From Chiloscyllium plagiosum (Eukaryota), in contig NW_025215045.1 in the NCBI RefSeq assembly GCF_004010195.1, positions 18,116-60,233 on the forward strand: DNA of 42,118 nt, read 5' to 3'. The notes under the pieces are model-generated. The model was not told the origin of the DNA, searched no databases, and worked only from the letters and a program-made list of their open reading frames with translations. Made by a program: the position numbers and the translations under genes. This document shows positions 1 through 12,449 of the stretch, in pieces; the stretch's first letter is position 1, and each line of letters begins with the position of its first letter.

Positions 1-942
1 AAATTGGTTTAATTATCCGCCAGTGGAGAGAGTCCAGTTCCTGGGGATGAGACAAACATCAGCGCCCCGGGGACAGAATGACAAGCAGATGTTCTGGAAA
101 CTCTGCTGCTTGCAATTCTTGGAGCAATGTGGAATGTATTTCACACGGAGCAAGTTTCAGCTGGCTCAGAGTCTCCAGTGTACATTTCTCTTTGAGTTTA
201 TATTTGCACATCGACGATATGTCTGCACAACAGCACATGATATTACAGCAGGGAAGATCTTTTGACGTCATTCTCGAACATGCAAGTCACACGCCAGATG
301 AAAAGCTGAATACTTCTCTGGAAAAGCTGCCGTGCAATGCAGGAGAATGGCACAGCGGGTGCATGTTGGGATCACAACCCAGAAGCGAAACCATTTTCTC
401 TTCTTCACTCAATGTCGTCTTTAGCAGCTTTCCCGTATAATGGCACTCTGTTCTTTTCCTTGCCTTGTCATCTGCTTCCCAAAACTTCGGGTATCTGAGT
501 TAATTATGTCAGATCGATAGACAACTCAAACTTACACAGTTGCTCTGGAACACTTGTGGAGCTCTGAGTTGTCTAGTCCAGTTTTCTGTCGGTGTGTTCT
601 GATCTCAAGTGTTAAACCTCTTCTTTCAGATGGCAATGAACCGGTGAAGTTGAAACACATGACTTGCTGTTTTAGTCCATTTCCCGCAGTAAAGAAACCA
701 ACTGTGTAAGAAAAGACTTCCTGCAGGATTGTTGTGTTAAGACAAATTCTGAACACCAAGCAGGCTGCACAAAAATGCACTCATATCAATTTACCTGAGG
801 GAAGAGTCTCCGGTGTCCATTTCTCTCTGTCCCGACAGCACAGCATCTTTCTATCTCTCCGTTAACAAGACCTTTGGAACAAGTTCAAAGTTGCCCATTT
901 CCTACGCATGACTGTAACTGACTTCCCCTGCCTCACGTAATA

Positions 943-971
943 GTGTGTGTGTGTGTGTGAGAGAGAGAGAG
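943..971. repeat. Compound (GT)n(GA)n microsatellite
   Basis: Seen directly. Confidence 0.95.
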
Positions 972-1218
972 CAGAAGAGCGAATGGGCTCTGCCTTCCAC
1001 CAGCACAGCTTGCAAGTACGAACAAAATGGTTCAATTATCCATCAGTGGAGAGAGCCCGGTCCCTGGGGACGGGACAAACAGCAGCGTCCTGGGAGCAGG
1101 GAGACAGAATGAGAAGCAGATGTTCTTGAAACTCTTTGCTGCTTGTAACTCTGGGAACAATGTACAATGTATTTCGTACTGAGCAACTCCCAGTTGCTTC
1201 AGGAGCTGGGCGCACACA

Positions 1219-1255
1219 TGTTTGTTGGTCTCGAGGTATGATGCTCGCGTTGGGT
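1219..1255 (+). pseudogene. 5' half of tRNA-Pro(TGG)
   Basis: TGTTTGTTGGTCTCGAGGTATGATGCTCGCGTTGGGT resembles vertebrate GGCTCGTTGGTCTAGGGGTATGATTCTCGCTTTGGGT. Similarity stops at the end of the anticodon loop. Confidence 0.7.
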
Positions 1256-1509
1256 TTTCTTAAATTGACCTGAGCAAAAATGCCGGGTCAGTTTTCTCAA
1301 AAAGCCGCTTCGTTAAATCAGATCGGACTGCCTGAATTAGGAATGGGACAGAGGTACCATTGCAGAGAACACGGCGAAGGGAAACACTTGCTCAAAGTCA
1401 AAACAATATTGCAGATTTTTCGCCCGCGCAATCCGAGTCTGAATGAAGCCTCCACCTGTATTACACTCAATTCTGAGGGTGACACTTCAAGAAGCGGGGA
1501 AGTGAAGTG

Positions 1510-1995
1510 ATTGTAGACAGCGCTGAACAGGTTGAAGTGAATGATGCCGTGTATGAGGAATGTCAGTCATGAAGGTAGATTGGAAAGTTTGGGGCTGCTC
1601 TCTTTGGAGAACAGAGGGCTGAAAGCTGGCCTGATTGAAGTTTTCCACGTCATGAGGGTTTTAGACAGAGGAAATAATGCAGTGAAAATGCTCCCAGGCC
1701 TGAAAGGATCGAGAACAATTTGGCAGAGATTTAAAGTCATCAGGAAAATAAATAAAAGTGACATTAGGAAGACCGTTTTCACACAGGGAGTGGGGTCAGT
1801 AAGTCGCTGTCTGACAGTGACAAAGAGGCAGATTCAATGGGAAAAGGGAATTCGGTGGGCATGTTCAATGTGACAATGTGCAGATTTACAGGGAGAAGGC
1901 GACAGAATGAGACACTTATTTACATATTGTGTTGAGCCAGCAGAGCTAAGGTGGGCCGCATGGCCTCAGTCTGCGCTGTCACACATTTCGTGATT
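1510..1995 (+). mobile_element. Old CR1 LINE 3' fragment
   Basis: Encodes EGRLESLGLLSLENRGLKAGLIEVF...KTVFTQGV, the CR1 ORF2 C-terminal motif, followed by a 3' UTR. Confidence 0.85.
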
Positions 1996-3067
1996 CTGAG
2001 TGAAATCGGAGTTGGACCAACAGAACGTAGGAAATTTGACAACGGATATATTCTGCCCACCAGGATACTCCATCACAGCAATGAAGGTGTCTTGACGTCA
2101 TTCTCGAAGGTACATGACACAATGCAGATTCAAAACCGAGTGTTCCTTTGAATCACGGAGTAATTTGTTTACAGTTATTCAGTTGAGGTGAGCGGAGTTG
2201 CGCATTGGGAGCCACTCCAGTTGATAGGTCGAAGCCGTTTTCTCCTGTGTGACAGTCCCACCAGCACTCCAATTTGCTGTGCTTCCAGACAGTGGATGCA
2301 GATTACTATCCCATTCTGATACACGGGCCACGATGACCCAGCTGTGGTGACAAGCTTGTGAAGGTCTGAGTGCTCTTCTCCTGTTCTCTGTCTGGCTGCT
2401 ATGATCCGAATCATCAAACCTCTCTTCTCCGAGATAGGAATAAACTGGTGAAGGTGAAACACATCAGTTGCGGTGTGTCCCATGTGCAGGAGGCCCTGCA
2501 GTAATTCCCCACGCTGTTTCACACAACAGCATCCTCTCGGTGAGTTACTCTTGGCAAAAAAATCGACTGAACCAAATCAGTGTCCGCCATTGGATTTTAC
2601 TGACAACGTTTATAAAATTCAGACTCACCGTTAATGTGGAGAGAGGATGCCAGACTGTAGTTTCCGCTCCTTCTGTTGAATAAAGATAATTTTAACTGTG
2701 ACCAGTGAGAGGAAAAAATATGCTGTTGGTGGGAAACATTTCTATCTGAACTCGCATTCACTCTCCTGATAGATTGAAACATAAAGCTGGGAGTCTCTGG
2801 ATTATGTTGTAAAGGTATCAGCATTATCTTATTCATACCGCGCTGTCACCAACTGAACGAAGCGGCTGTGTTTATATCCCGTGATGAACTGGGGAAGTTG
2901 AGCATTTACCCAAACAATGGGCACACCACCTCTCAGTGTTCACAAATCAAACTGACAGCAAAGCTTCACGTGTGATTGAATGTTCCCAGAAAGAAGACTT
3001 AGGCTCAACAGTTATCCGGAGTGAACCTACTCCTTTCTTGATTTGGAATGGAAGAAGTCGATTTTAG

Positions 3068-3139
3068 TGAGCTTGACGTGATTTGAACACGGAACCTTCT
3101 GATCTGGAGTCAGACGCGCTACCGTTGCACCACAAGCTC
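3068..3139 (-). tRNA. trnW-CCA: tRNA-Trp(CCA), variant acceptor stem
   Basis: 72-nt cloverleaf GAGCTTGTGGTGCAACGGTAGCGCGTCTGACTCCAGATCAGAAGGTTCCGTGTTCAAATCACGTCAAGCTCA. Anticodon arm as in vertebrate tRNA-Trp; one T-stem mismatch; no nearby TTTT terminator seen. Confidence 0.9.
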
Positions 3140-3289
3140 ACGAATGGCCAGACACCTCTAGTCATGCTTAAGGGAAGTGATCGCACTACAATGATTTAAC
3201 GTTATGAGAAACAACGGAGATCAACAGTCCATGTCTGTTCTGTCTCTCCCCTCTCTCCTTTCTCTCGAAACAATTTCCAACTCTATCTC

Positions 3290-4050
3290 AATAAAAAGCT
3301 GAAAGAACTGCGGATGCTGTATACCAGAAACAAAAAACACAGTCGTTGCCGGTGACCCTTCCACAGAACTGATGGTGATTGGGAAAACGTTGGTTTATAT
3401 GCAGGAGATATTGTGGGAGGTAGGCGGATGCAGTAAATGATAGATCAGGACAGACCCCAAAGCGAGGGAAGAACTGTTGGACAGGAAAGGGAGTTGATAA
3501 CGATCTGCGTGGGAGGGTGAATGGAGACCGTTCGTGGCTAAGAATAGGTAGTGTGTAATGACAGACTATGTGATAACAAGGCTTGGTGTGTGTGGAATTT
3601 GGATTATGGATTTCAGGCCCGAGAATTATTGAATTCGATATTGGGACCAGAGGGATGTATGGTCTCCAAGTGTAATATTCGGCGCTCTTTGTTCTGCTGG
3701 TGCTGAGCTTCGCTGGAACACTACAGCAAACCTGAGACAGAGATGTTGGCCAGGGAACAGGGTGGGGTGTGGAATTGGCGGGTAACTGGAAGCTCAGGGT
3801 CTTTTTTGCAGGCAGAACGTAGATGTTCTGTGCAGCAGTCACCCAGTTTATGCTTCGTTCTCCCCAATGTAGATGAGACCACATTGTGAGCAGCAAATGC
3901 AGTAGACTGGGTTGCGGGAAGTGCAGGTAAAGTGCCGCTTCACCTGGAACGTAAGTTTGGGCCCTTGGATAGTGAGGAGGGAGCAGGTAAATGGGCTGGT
4001 GTCACACATTCGGCAGTTGCAGGGGAAAGTGCCGTTGGACTATTGGTGTG
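3290..4050 (-). mobile_element. Penelope-like element 3' part (GIY-YIG endonuclease plus terminal region), degraded
   Basis: Minus strand encodes QVKRHFTCTSRNPVYCICCSQCGLIYIGE. Confidence 0.8.
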
Positions 4051-4094
4051 AGAATGGGGTTAGGCTTGGTGGGAATGAAGGAAGAGTGGACCCA

Positions 4095-6455
4095 AGGTAT
4101 AACTCCTGCCCATTTAATAGAGGAATTTGTTAAGTGTGTACAAGGAAATTTTCTAATTCACAATGTGGATGTACATACTGGGCCAGCAACCATAATTCTA
4201 TTAACATTAAAATAGCAATTGAAAATAATAAATCAGATCTAAAATTTGACGTTCTAACATTGAGGAAGACTCAGGTATTAGGCAAGATCTTTCAAAAGCT
4301 GATTGAGGGCAGATGTTCGCAGGTTAAAGGACTACTGGAAAATGGGAAGCCTTCAAATATGAGATAACAAGAGTCCAGACACAGTATATTCCTGTTAGGG
4401 TGAAAGGAAAGGCTGGTTGGTGTAGGGAATGCTGGATGACTAGAGAAATTGAGATTTTGGTTAAGATAAAGAAGGATGCATATGTCAGGCATCGACAGAG
4501 AGATCGAGTGAATCCATAGAGTATAAAGGCAGTACGAGCATACTTAAGAGGGAAATCGTGAGCGCAAAAAGGGAACATGAGATAGCCTTGGCAAATAGAG
4601 TTAAGGATAACCCAAAGTGTTTTTATAAATACGTTAAGGACAAAAGGATAACAAGGGAGAGAGTAGGGCCCCTCAAAGATCAGCAAGGCGGCCTTTGTGT
4701 GGAGCTGCAGTAGATGGGGGGGGGGGGGGGGGGGGTGTTGCGGGATACTGAACGGTTATTGTGCATCAGTGTTTACTGTGGAGAAGGGCATGGAAGATAT
4801 AGACTGTGAGAAAATAGATGGTGACATGTTGAAAAAATGTCCATATTACAGATGAGAAATTGCTGGATATCTTGATATGCATAAAAGTGGATAAATTCCA
4901 AGGACCTGATCAGGAGTACCCTAGAACTCTGTGGGAAACTGTGGAAGTGATTGCTTGGCCTTTCACTGAGATATTTCTATCATCAATAGTCACAGGTGAG
5001 GTGCCGGAAGGCTAGAGGGTGGCTAACGTGGTGCCGTTATTTAAGAAAGTTGGTGAGGAAAAGCCAGGGAACTAAAGACCGGTGAGCCTGACATCCATGA
5101 TGGGCAAGCTTTTGGAGAGAATCCTGAGAGATAGGATTTACACATATTTGGAAAAGCAAGAATTGATTAGGGATAGTCAGCATGGCTTTATGCTTGGGAA
5201 ATCATGTCTCACGAATTTGATTGAGTTTTTTGAAGAAGTACAAAGTGGACTGATGAGGGCAGAGCGATGGACGTGATCTATATGGAATTCAGGAAGGCGT
5301 TCATCAAGGTTCCTCATGGAAGACTGGTGAGCAAGGTTTAATCTCATGGCATGCAGGGACAACTAGCCATTTGGATGCAGAGCTGGCTAGAAGCCAGAAG
5401 ACAGAGGGTGGTGATGGAGAGTTTCTTTACAGACTGAAGGCCTGTGACCAATGGTGTATCACGAGGATCGATGCTGGATCCGCTACTTTTTGTTATTTAT
5501 ATAAATGATTTGTATGTAAACGGAGGAGGTATAGTTAGTAAGTTTGTAGATGACACCAAATTTGGAGGTGTAGTGGACAGCAAAGAAGGTTACCTTGATC
5601 AGATGGGCCAATGGGCTGAGCAGTGGCAGATGGAGGTTAATGTAGATAAATATGAGGTGCTGCATTTTGGTAAAACAAATCAGAGCAGGTCTTTTACCGT
5701 TAATGGTAAGTTCCTTGGAAGTGTTGCTGAGCAAAGAGACCTTGGAGTTCAGGTTGATAGTTCCTTAAAAGTAGAGACGCAGGCAGATTGGATAGTAAAG
5801 AAGGCGTTTGGTGTGCTTTCCTTTGTTGGTCAGAGCATCGAGGATAGATGTTGGGAGCTCATGTTGCCACTGTACAGAACATTGGTCAAGCCACGTTTGG
5901 AATATTGCATGTAATTTTGGTCTGCATCCTTTCGGAAAGATGTTGCAAAACTAGAAAAGGTGCAGAAAAGATTTACAAGGATTTTGCCAGGGTTGGAGGG
6001 TTGATCTATAGGGCGAGGCTGAATAGACTGTTTTCTCTGGAGCGTCGGAGGCTAAGGGGTGACCTTATAGAGGTTTATAAAATCATGAGGGATATGGAGA
6101 GAGCAAATAGACAAGTTCCTTTCCCTGGGATGGGGGAGTCCAGAACTAGAGGGCATAGTTTTAGGGAGGGGAGGGGAAAGATATAGAAGGGACATAAGGG
6201 GCAACCTTTTCACGCAGAGGATGATGCATGTACGGCATGAGTTGCTGGAGTAAGTGATGGAGGCTGTATAATTACAGCATTTAAAATGCATCTGGATGTG
6301 TATATGAATAGGAAGGTTTTATGGGGATTTGGGCCAAGTGCTGGCAAATGGGACGAGATTAGGTTAGGATACCTGGGCTACATGGACGAGTTGGATGGAA
6401 GGGTCTGTTTCTGTGCTGTCCATCTGTGTCACTCTGTGAGACTCCATGGGATTCT
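4095..6455 (+). mobile_element. CR1 LINE, 5'-truncated ORF2 (reverse transcriptase) with stops and frameshifts
   Basis: DSQHGF..GKSCLTNLIEFFEEV, GVSRGSMLDPLLFVIYINDL, KFVDDTK and LERRRLRGDLIEVYKI motifs; CR1 3' UTR; poly-G at ~4716-4735. Confidence 0.95.
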
Positions 6456-6458
6456 CTA

Positions 6459-6575
6459 GGAGAAAGTGAGGACTGCAGATGCTGGAGATCAGAGCTGAAA
6501 ATGTGTTGCTGGAAAAGCGCAGCATCCAAGGAGCAGGAGAATCGAAGTTTCCGGCATGAGCCCTTCTTCAGGAAT
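6459..6575 (-). mobile_element. Penelope-like terminal repeat fragment with hammerhead-like core
   Basis: Minus strand CCTGAAGAAGGGCTCATGCCGGAAAC; homologous to 16381-16445, 18748-18811 and 36870-36990. Confidence 0.75.
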
Positions 6576-6709
6576 TTTTAACTATAAACTATATACATTC
6601 CCTTTGATAAATATTGTGAAGTGTGAAGCCATTGCTTTAGTCCCCAAGTTCAACCTGAGCCCCACCCCGACCCTCCCCCATCCCAGTAACTCTGTTGACA
6701 GCCTTCATG

Positions 6710-6880
6710 TCACATTTAAAACTAGGATCGATAGATTCGTGATCAGTCGAGGGATGAAGTTACAGGAAAAGGGCAGGAAAGTGCATGTGGGGAATGTCAG
6801 ATCAGCCACGATCCGACTGAATGGAGAAGCAGGCTCAAGGGGTTGAATGGCATTTTCCTGTTCCTATTTCTTATGGTTCC
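6710..6880 (+). mobile_element. CR1 3' end fragment
   Basis: FKTRIDRF... followed by gaatggagaagcaggctcaaggggttgaatggc-type tail. Confidence 0.7.
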
Positions 6881-7030
6881 CGAGCCCTTACCTCTGATAC
6901 AGGACACTGGCTTCAGTATGTGCCATTACTGAGAGTGCTGATGTTCCCTTGTGTAATATCAACAACTTAGCAGCTGCTGAAACCTCTTGCTCCTTTGTTA
7001 CCTCTAAACATAATATGCCAATGTGTTCAG

Positions 7031-7280
7031 GGGAGGCGATGGCCGACTTTATTGTCACCAGACTATTCACCCAGGTAATGTTCTGGGGGGCTGGGTTCAA
7101 AACCTGCCACAGCAGATGGTGGAATCTGAATTAAATATAAATCTGGAATTAAGAGTCTAATGATGAAACCGTTGTGGTTTGTTGTAAAAACCTCTCTGGT
7201 TTCCTGCTGTCCGAACCTGGCCTGATCTTCATGTGATTTCAGATCCACTGTCAGCTGGTTGAATCTTCACTGCCCTTTCA
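7031..7280 (+). mobile_element. Deu-domain type SINE (SacSINE1-like)
   Basis: B-box-like gggttcaaaacc followed by ggtggaatctgaatt...atctggaattaagagtctaatgatga. Family assignment is from memory. Confidence 0.6.
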
Positions 7281-7339
7281 GTCAATCCTTAAAGCTCACC
7301 TTTTTTAACTTTGGTGTTGCCAGAATGATTTATAGACGG

Positions 7340-8440
7340 CATAGGCTGGAGCTTTTTTTCACTGGAGTGTAGAAGGTTGAGGGTGGAGGTTATGGAGGTT
7401 TATGAAGTCATGAGGGACAAAGATAAGGTGAATAACCAGTGTCTTTTCCTGAAGGGTAGGGGAGTTCAAAATTTGGGAGTATATTTTAAGATGAGAGGGA
7501 GAAGATTTGAAAAGGACGGGGTGGGGGGCAACGTTTTTTACATTGAAGGTGGTTCGTGTGCAGAATGAACTGTCAGAGGAAGTGGTGGATGCAGGTAATG
7601 TTACAATGTTTAAACTTATTTGGATAAGTACATATGAGCCAAACACAGGGAGGTGGGTCTAATCTTCCCCCAGGTATTCAAAGGGACAGCCAGTCAGAGT
7701 GGGGCAGTGTCACACCTATCGTTGTTGTGTGGCATGTGTGACAGCTGCAACAATACGTCCCAACTCCTGTGCTCAATGCTCTGACCAATGAAAGCAAGCA
7801 TGCCAAAAGCCTTCTTCACCACCCTGTCTACCCACGACTCCATTTTCCAGGAGCTAATAACCCGCAACCCGAGATCTCTTGGTTCAAAATACTGCATATG
7901 AAACAGATTTGGTGCTTGTTGGTCGACGTTAATATTTGGTGCATATCTCTTCTCTAATTTGCTAACTTATACTGAATGCCATCACTGATGAAGTCCAGTG
8001 TGCCAAAACCTGAACTTCAACATCCCTCTATTCAAGTGCACTCAAGGTCCTACCATTCACCATGCAAATCCTACGTTGATTTGACTATACAAAATGTAAG
8101 ACCTCATACTTAGCTATATTAAACTCCATTTGCCAAATAACTTTAAACTTATGCAATCTAGTTCTGAACTCTCCCACCCCAGGTAAAAGACCTTTCCTAT
8201 TTACCCTATCCATGCCCTCATGAATTTATAAACATCTATAAAGTCACCCTTCACCCTTCAAACTTCTGGGAAAATGACCCCAGTCGATTCAACTTCTTCC
8301 TGTACCTCAAACCCTCCAACCCTGGCAGCATCCTTGTAAATGTTTTCTGAACCCTTTCAAGTTTCACAACCTCCTTCCTGGAGCAGAGAGCCCAGAATTG
8401 CATGCAGTCTTCCAACAGTGGTGTAATCAATGTCCTCGCT
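7340..8440. mobile_element. CR1 fragments (plus ~7340-7665; minus ~7740-8440)
   Basis: VMEVYEVMR on plus; VDRVVKKAFGMLAFIGQSIE on minus. Confidence 0.8.
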
Positions 8441-8589
8441 GAAGAGGACTTTAAAAAACATGACTACAAGCAAATCAGGTTAGTTGGGCATGACTTTCCC
8501 ATAGCAGTTTGTTTTGGCTGTCCTTCATTACTCTTTGTTTTTTTTCAGTAATGAGAAAATATTTTGTGGGATGTGATGATTGCGGGCAC

Positions 8590-9135
8590 ATCCAACTTTG
8601 CTCATTGTCCCTCATGGCCCTTGGACAGAGTAATTGTGACTACATGCTGGAAGGCAGTTGAGAGTCAGCCACATTATAGTAGGTCTGGAGGTGGGTGTGT
8701 GTCTGTGTACGCACGCATGTGCATACATGCAAGCAGGGTTCATGAATGGTAGATTTCCTGCCCTAAAAAGGACAGTTTCAGGAGAAACGCAACAGTTCTG
8801 GTAGCATCTATGAAGAGACAACAGTGTTACTGCTTTGATTTCAGTGGTCCTTCAAAACTTGGCTGGATTCAAAACATTAACTAGGTTCTCTCCACAGATG
8901 CTGCCAGACCTGCTGCGTTTCCCCAGCAATTTTGCCTTTTGTTGCTGATCTCCAACATCTGCAATTCATTATTTTAGTGAATAACTGTTTCCTGGTTGCC
9001 TGAACCGAGAGAAACTTTCACTTCCAGATCTCTTTATGAGTTGAACATAAATTCCACCAGCGGCCATGATGGGATTTGAATTTGTGTTCTCAGAAGACCT
9101 AGATCTCTAGGTTGCTCAACCATTATCACTAGATC
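8590..9135 (-). mobile_element. Deu-type SINE interrupted by an inverted Penelope-terminal mini-element (~8765-8970)
   Basis: Flanks match the reverse complement of the 7031-7280 family. The insert has ggtagcatct and its inverse agatgctgcc. Confidence 0.55.
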
Positions 9136-9239
9136 CCAATCTTCCCTTCAATGACAATTTTCTCCTGACTATTTTCCTTTATTCATTCATGGGATGTCGC
9201 ATTTTGTCTCCCACTATTGTTCTGGTAAACATCAACTTC

Positions 9240-10420
9240 ACTTTCCCGCTGTTTCCCCATAATCCTCAATTCCCTTTCTGAGTTAAAATAAAACTTCTTA
9301 GTTTTGAATGCACTTAACAATCCAGGCTCAACAGCTGTCCTAAACATGCAATCCCTTATTTGCAGGTTATTCCCTCTGGTTCGAAACTCACCCATAAGGG
9401 TAAACTTTCCCACATCTAGCCTGTCACGTCTCCTCAGAATCTTGTTTGTAACAATAAGGTTACATCGAAATCTTCTAACTTCTATTAATCACAGGCCGAA
9501 CGAATTAATTTCTCCTCATAAGACATTATTTCCTTCCCTGATAGCATCCTGGTCAAACTTCTCTGGACTGCCTCCAATGCCGGTACATCTTACCTTAGAT
9601 AAAAGGCCCAAACACTTCCCAGTGTTCAGTTGTGGCCGAATTGGTGTTTGGTTTAGGTTCACTATAACCTCCCTACTTTTATAGTCAATTTAAAAACCAA
9701 CCTCTCATTTACCTTCCCTATTACTCAATGAACTTGGATGAAGTGTTCATGGATGCGAGCTTGGAAATCCTCCTAGTCAGCAGCTTTCTCCATTTAACAT
9801 TCAGCACTTTTCCTCCCGGCAAAGTGCACAACCTCATTTTCCCACATTCTATTCCATCGGCCAAGGTTTTGCTCATTTGCTTAACCTGTCGATATCCCTC
9901 TCCACGTCATCCTCACCACCTGCACTCCAATCAACTGTCTCTACTGCAGTCTTAGCAATAGTACATTCAATTCACATATCCAAGTAATTCATATCCATAT
10001 TGTAAATAATTTTGGCCCCAGCACCGATCCCTGTGGCACATTGCTTGTTACAATTTGCGATCCTGAACATGCCCCTATCCCTACGGTATCATTGGTTAGC
10101 CAATCACCTGTCCATAGGATTTGAGTGTCTCCAATATCATGTGCATATCATTTGCTCTGACAGCAAGTCTTCCCAAACTGTCCTTGAAAAAGTGGTGGTG
10201 AGCTGCCTCTTAAATTGCTTCACAAATACGATGTGGTCTATAATAAAGGTTCAGGAGCGAGTTCCAGGATTTTGATCAATAACATCGAAGCAATGCGTAT
10301 ATGTCACAGTTGGAATCTTGCGTTCACACTTATCTCCTCTTGCTGATTGAAGTGATGGAGGGGAAGTTGCTCTCGAAGAGACGCCACTCATATAATCAAG
10401 CCAGACAGATCGATTGTGGC
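9240..10420 (-). mobile_element. Degraded CR1/L2-type LINE fragments
   Basis: MGEFRTRGNNLQIR...FRT and CR1 RT-region reverse-complement sequence. Confidence 0.7.
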
Positions 10421-11019
10421 CAGAGACTCTGCCATTTTGACTTCTCATCAATCTACATTCTTTCCATCCAAGTTTTAGTCCCATCAAATTGCCGCGCAAT
10501 GCTGTTACGGCTACAGTAAACTATAATAACGTGAAGATCGCTGGGATGACTTTCTACATCCGACTGCAATATAAACACAGATCACCGTTTCCAGTTTTGG
10601 TGGAACAAAAGACATCATATTGGTGGATAATTACAGTTAGTGCAAACACAGCTCGCCATCGATAAATATTAATCCTGTTCACTTCAATGGCCTAATTTCA
10701 ATTCCGAAACAAAGTGCACTCGGCTGCATGTAACATAGACAACATGACAAAATTGCTCATAGGAGGAGAAATGGGACATTGAGGAGGAGTGAAATGTTTG
10801 CTTTTGGTCACCTCCACAATTGTTAGAAAAACAGGTTGAAAGGATTCTTAAAAGGTGGCTGACGTAATGGTGTGGCATAACACTCAGACAGCGGAAAGTG
10901 GAAGACCGCTTTCTCGTGGAAGAAAAAGACATTTCTTATTTCTGAAAGAACTGGAAAACAGAAGAGGGAATGAAATCTGACTTGGGAGCTATTTCCTATT
11001 TGTTGAGGATGTTGCTTCA

Positions 11020-11556
11020 TCACAGTCTTGGTTTAGAGCATAAGCTCTTCATCAGGAATAAAGGGTGGCCGAAGGGGGCTGAGAGATAAATGGGAAGGAA
11101 GTGGAGCTGGAGGGAAGGCAGCTGGGAGTGCATTAGGTAGATGGAGGTAGGGATTGATGGTGATAGGTCAGAGATGAGGGTGGAGCAAATAGGTGAGAAG
11201 CAAGGTGGACAGGTATGACAGGTCAAGAGGTTGGTGTCGAATTGGAAGGTTGGATCTTGGACAAGGTGGAGAGGAAATGAGGAAACTGGTGAAATTACAT
11301 TGATCCCATGTACTTGGAGGGTCCCAAGTCAGAAGATGAGGTGTTTTTCCCACCAGTGTCGGGTAGCAAGAGTTTGGCAGTGGAGGAGGCCCAGGACTTG
11401 AATGTCCTTTGTGGAATGGGAGGGGGAGTTAAAGTGTTTAGCCACAGGGCCGTCGGTCGCTTAGTTTCAGTGTCCCAGAGTTGTTCCCTGAAATGTTCGG
11501 CTAGTTGGCGTCCAGTTTCCCTAATGTGGATGAGACCATATTGCGAGCAATGGGCA
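11020..11556 (-). mobile_element. Penelope-like 3' fragment
   Basis: HCSQYGLIHIRETGRQLAEHFREQL (GIY-YIG region) and CTGATGAAGAGCTTATGCTCTAAAC terminal motif. Confidence 0.8.
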
Positions 11557-12449
11557 TAATCTTATAAATAGATTGCATAAATCTTAGCCTGCCAGAGTTA
11601 TTTTATTTTATTAAATTAAAGAAATTTTTAAGTAAATTGGGTGACTGCATGAAACGGTTTATTGGTCAGATTTGAGTCATCACCCCCAAATGAGACAATG
11701 CCATGAATATCAGTGAACTGCTCTTTTTGTTAAAAACCACAAGTTCTTGACGTATTTTCACAACTTACTGGTATTCACACCTGCACATTCAATGTCAAAC
11801 CCTGACATCAGAAATGAAATTACAGCATTAATTTTGACTTACAATATTCGAAGAAACAAATTAATAGCACACAGTGAATACCAAGTCTGATTAATATTAA
11901 ATTAAATTTGACCAAAAAACCATAAAATCAAGATGGGAGATAAGAAATGGGGGAAGGGCAGAAGGCAAGAAATGCAGCATCATAGAAGGTGCTCCTCCAG
12001 GGAGTGTATTTTACCAGCTACCACTGCTAAATATAAACACTCTGATATGATCATCCGGTTTTAATGTAAACCATAGCCCCATACAGTAGGTACCATTTAA
12101 ATGAGTTAATAGATACAAGCCTTAAGCAAATCCAGCCCCCAGCCTTACACCCCGCTTCTTGGAGCTTGGATCTTCCTCCAGCTCTGGGGGGGTTGTTGAA
12201 CTTCTGGGCTCCAGCTGCCACTGCCACTCCTCCACTGAAGAAGCTTTGAGAAGTAAATGCAAAGGCAAGATCCAGAACAGAGCACCTTTGCAAAGGAAAG
12301 CAGCTCACGGAGACATTACACGGTTTTGACCCTCCGACCTTTGTGTAATGTGCCCAGCACACTCACGCAGCACTATTCTGCTTCTGTGCTCCCATAAGCT
12401 GGATTGTAGATCATTCAAAAGTAGGTCCTATATCCCTGATTACATCGGT

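Larger units (their letters stand above)
1..2520. repeat. Ancient collinear duplication of unidentified sequence (copy A ~1-730; copy B ~1024-1210 plus ~2030-2520)
   Basis: Shared blocks in the same order: cagtggagagag (22/1044), aagcagatgttct (83/1113), ttgacgtcattctcgaa (262/2092), ggtgaag-tgaaacacat (642/2446). Copy B is split by ~800 bp containing a tRNA-Pro half and a CR1 piece. Confidence 0.75.

Noticed and set aside
3288..3896. 202-aa ORF
   Set aside because: Off-frame reading through a degraded Penelope element.
4716..4735. Poly-G tract as a functional G-quadruplex
   Set aside because: Homopolymer expansion inside a dead CR1; length is unreliable.
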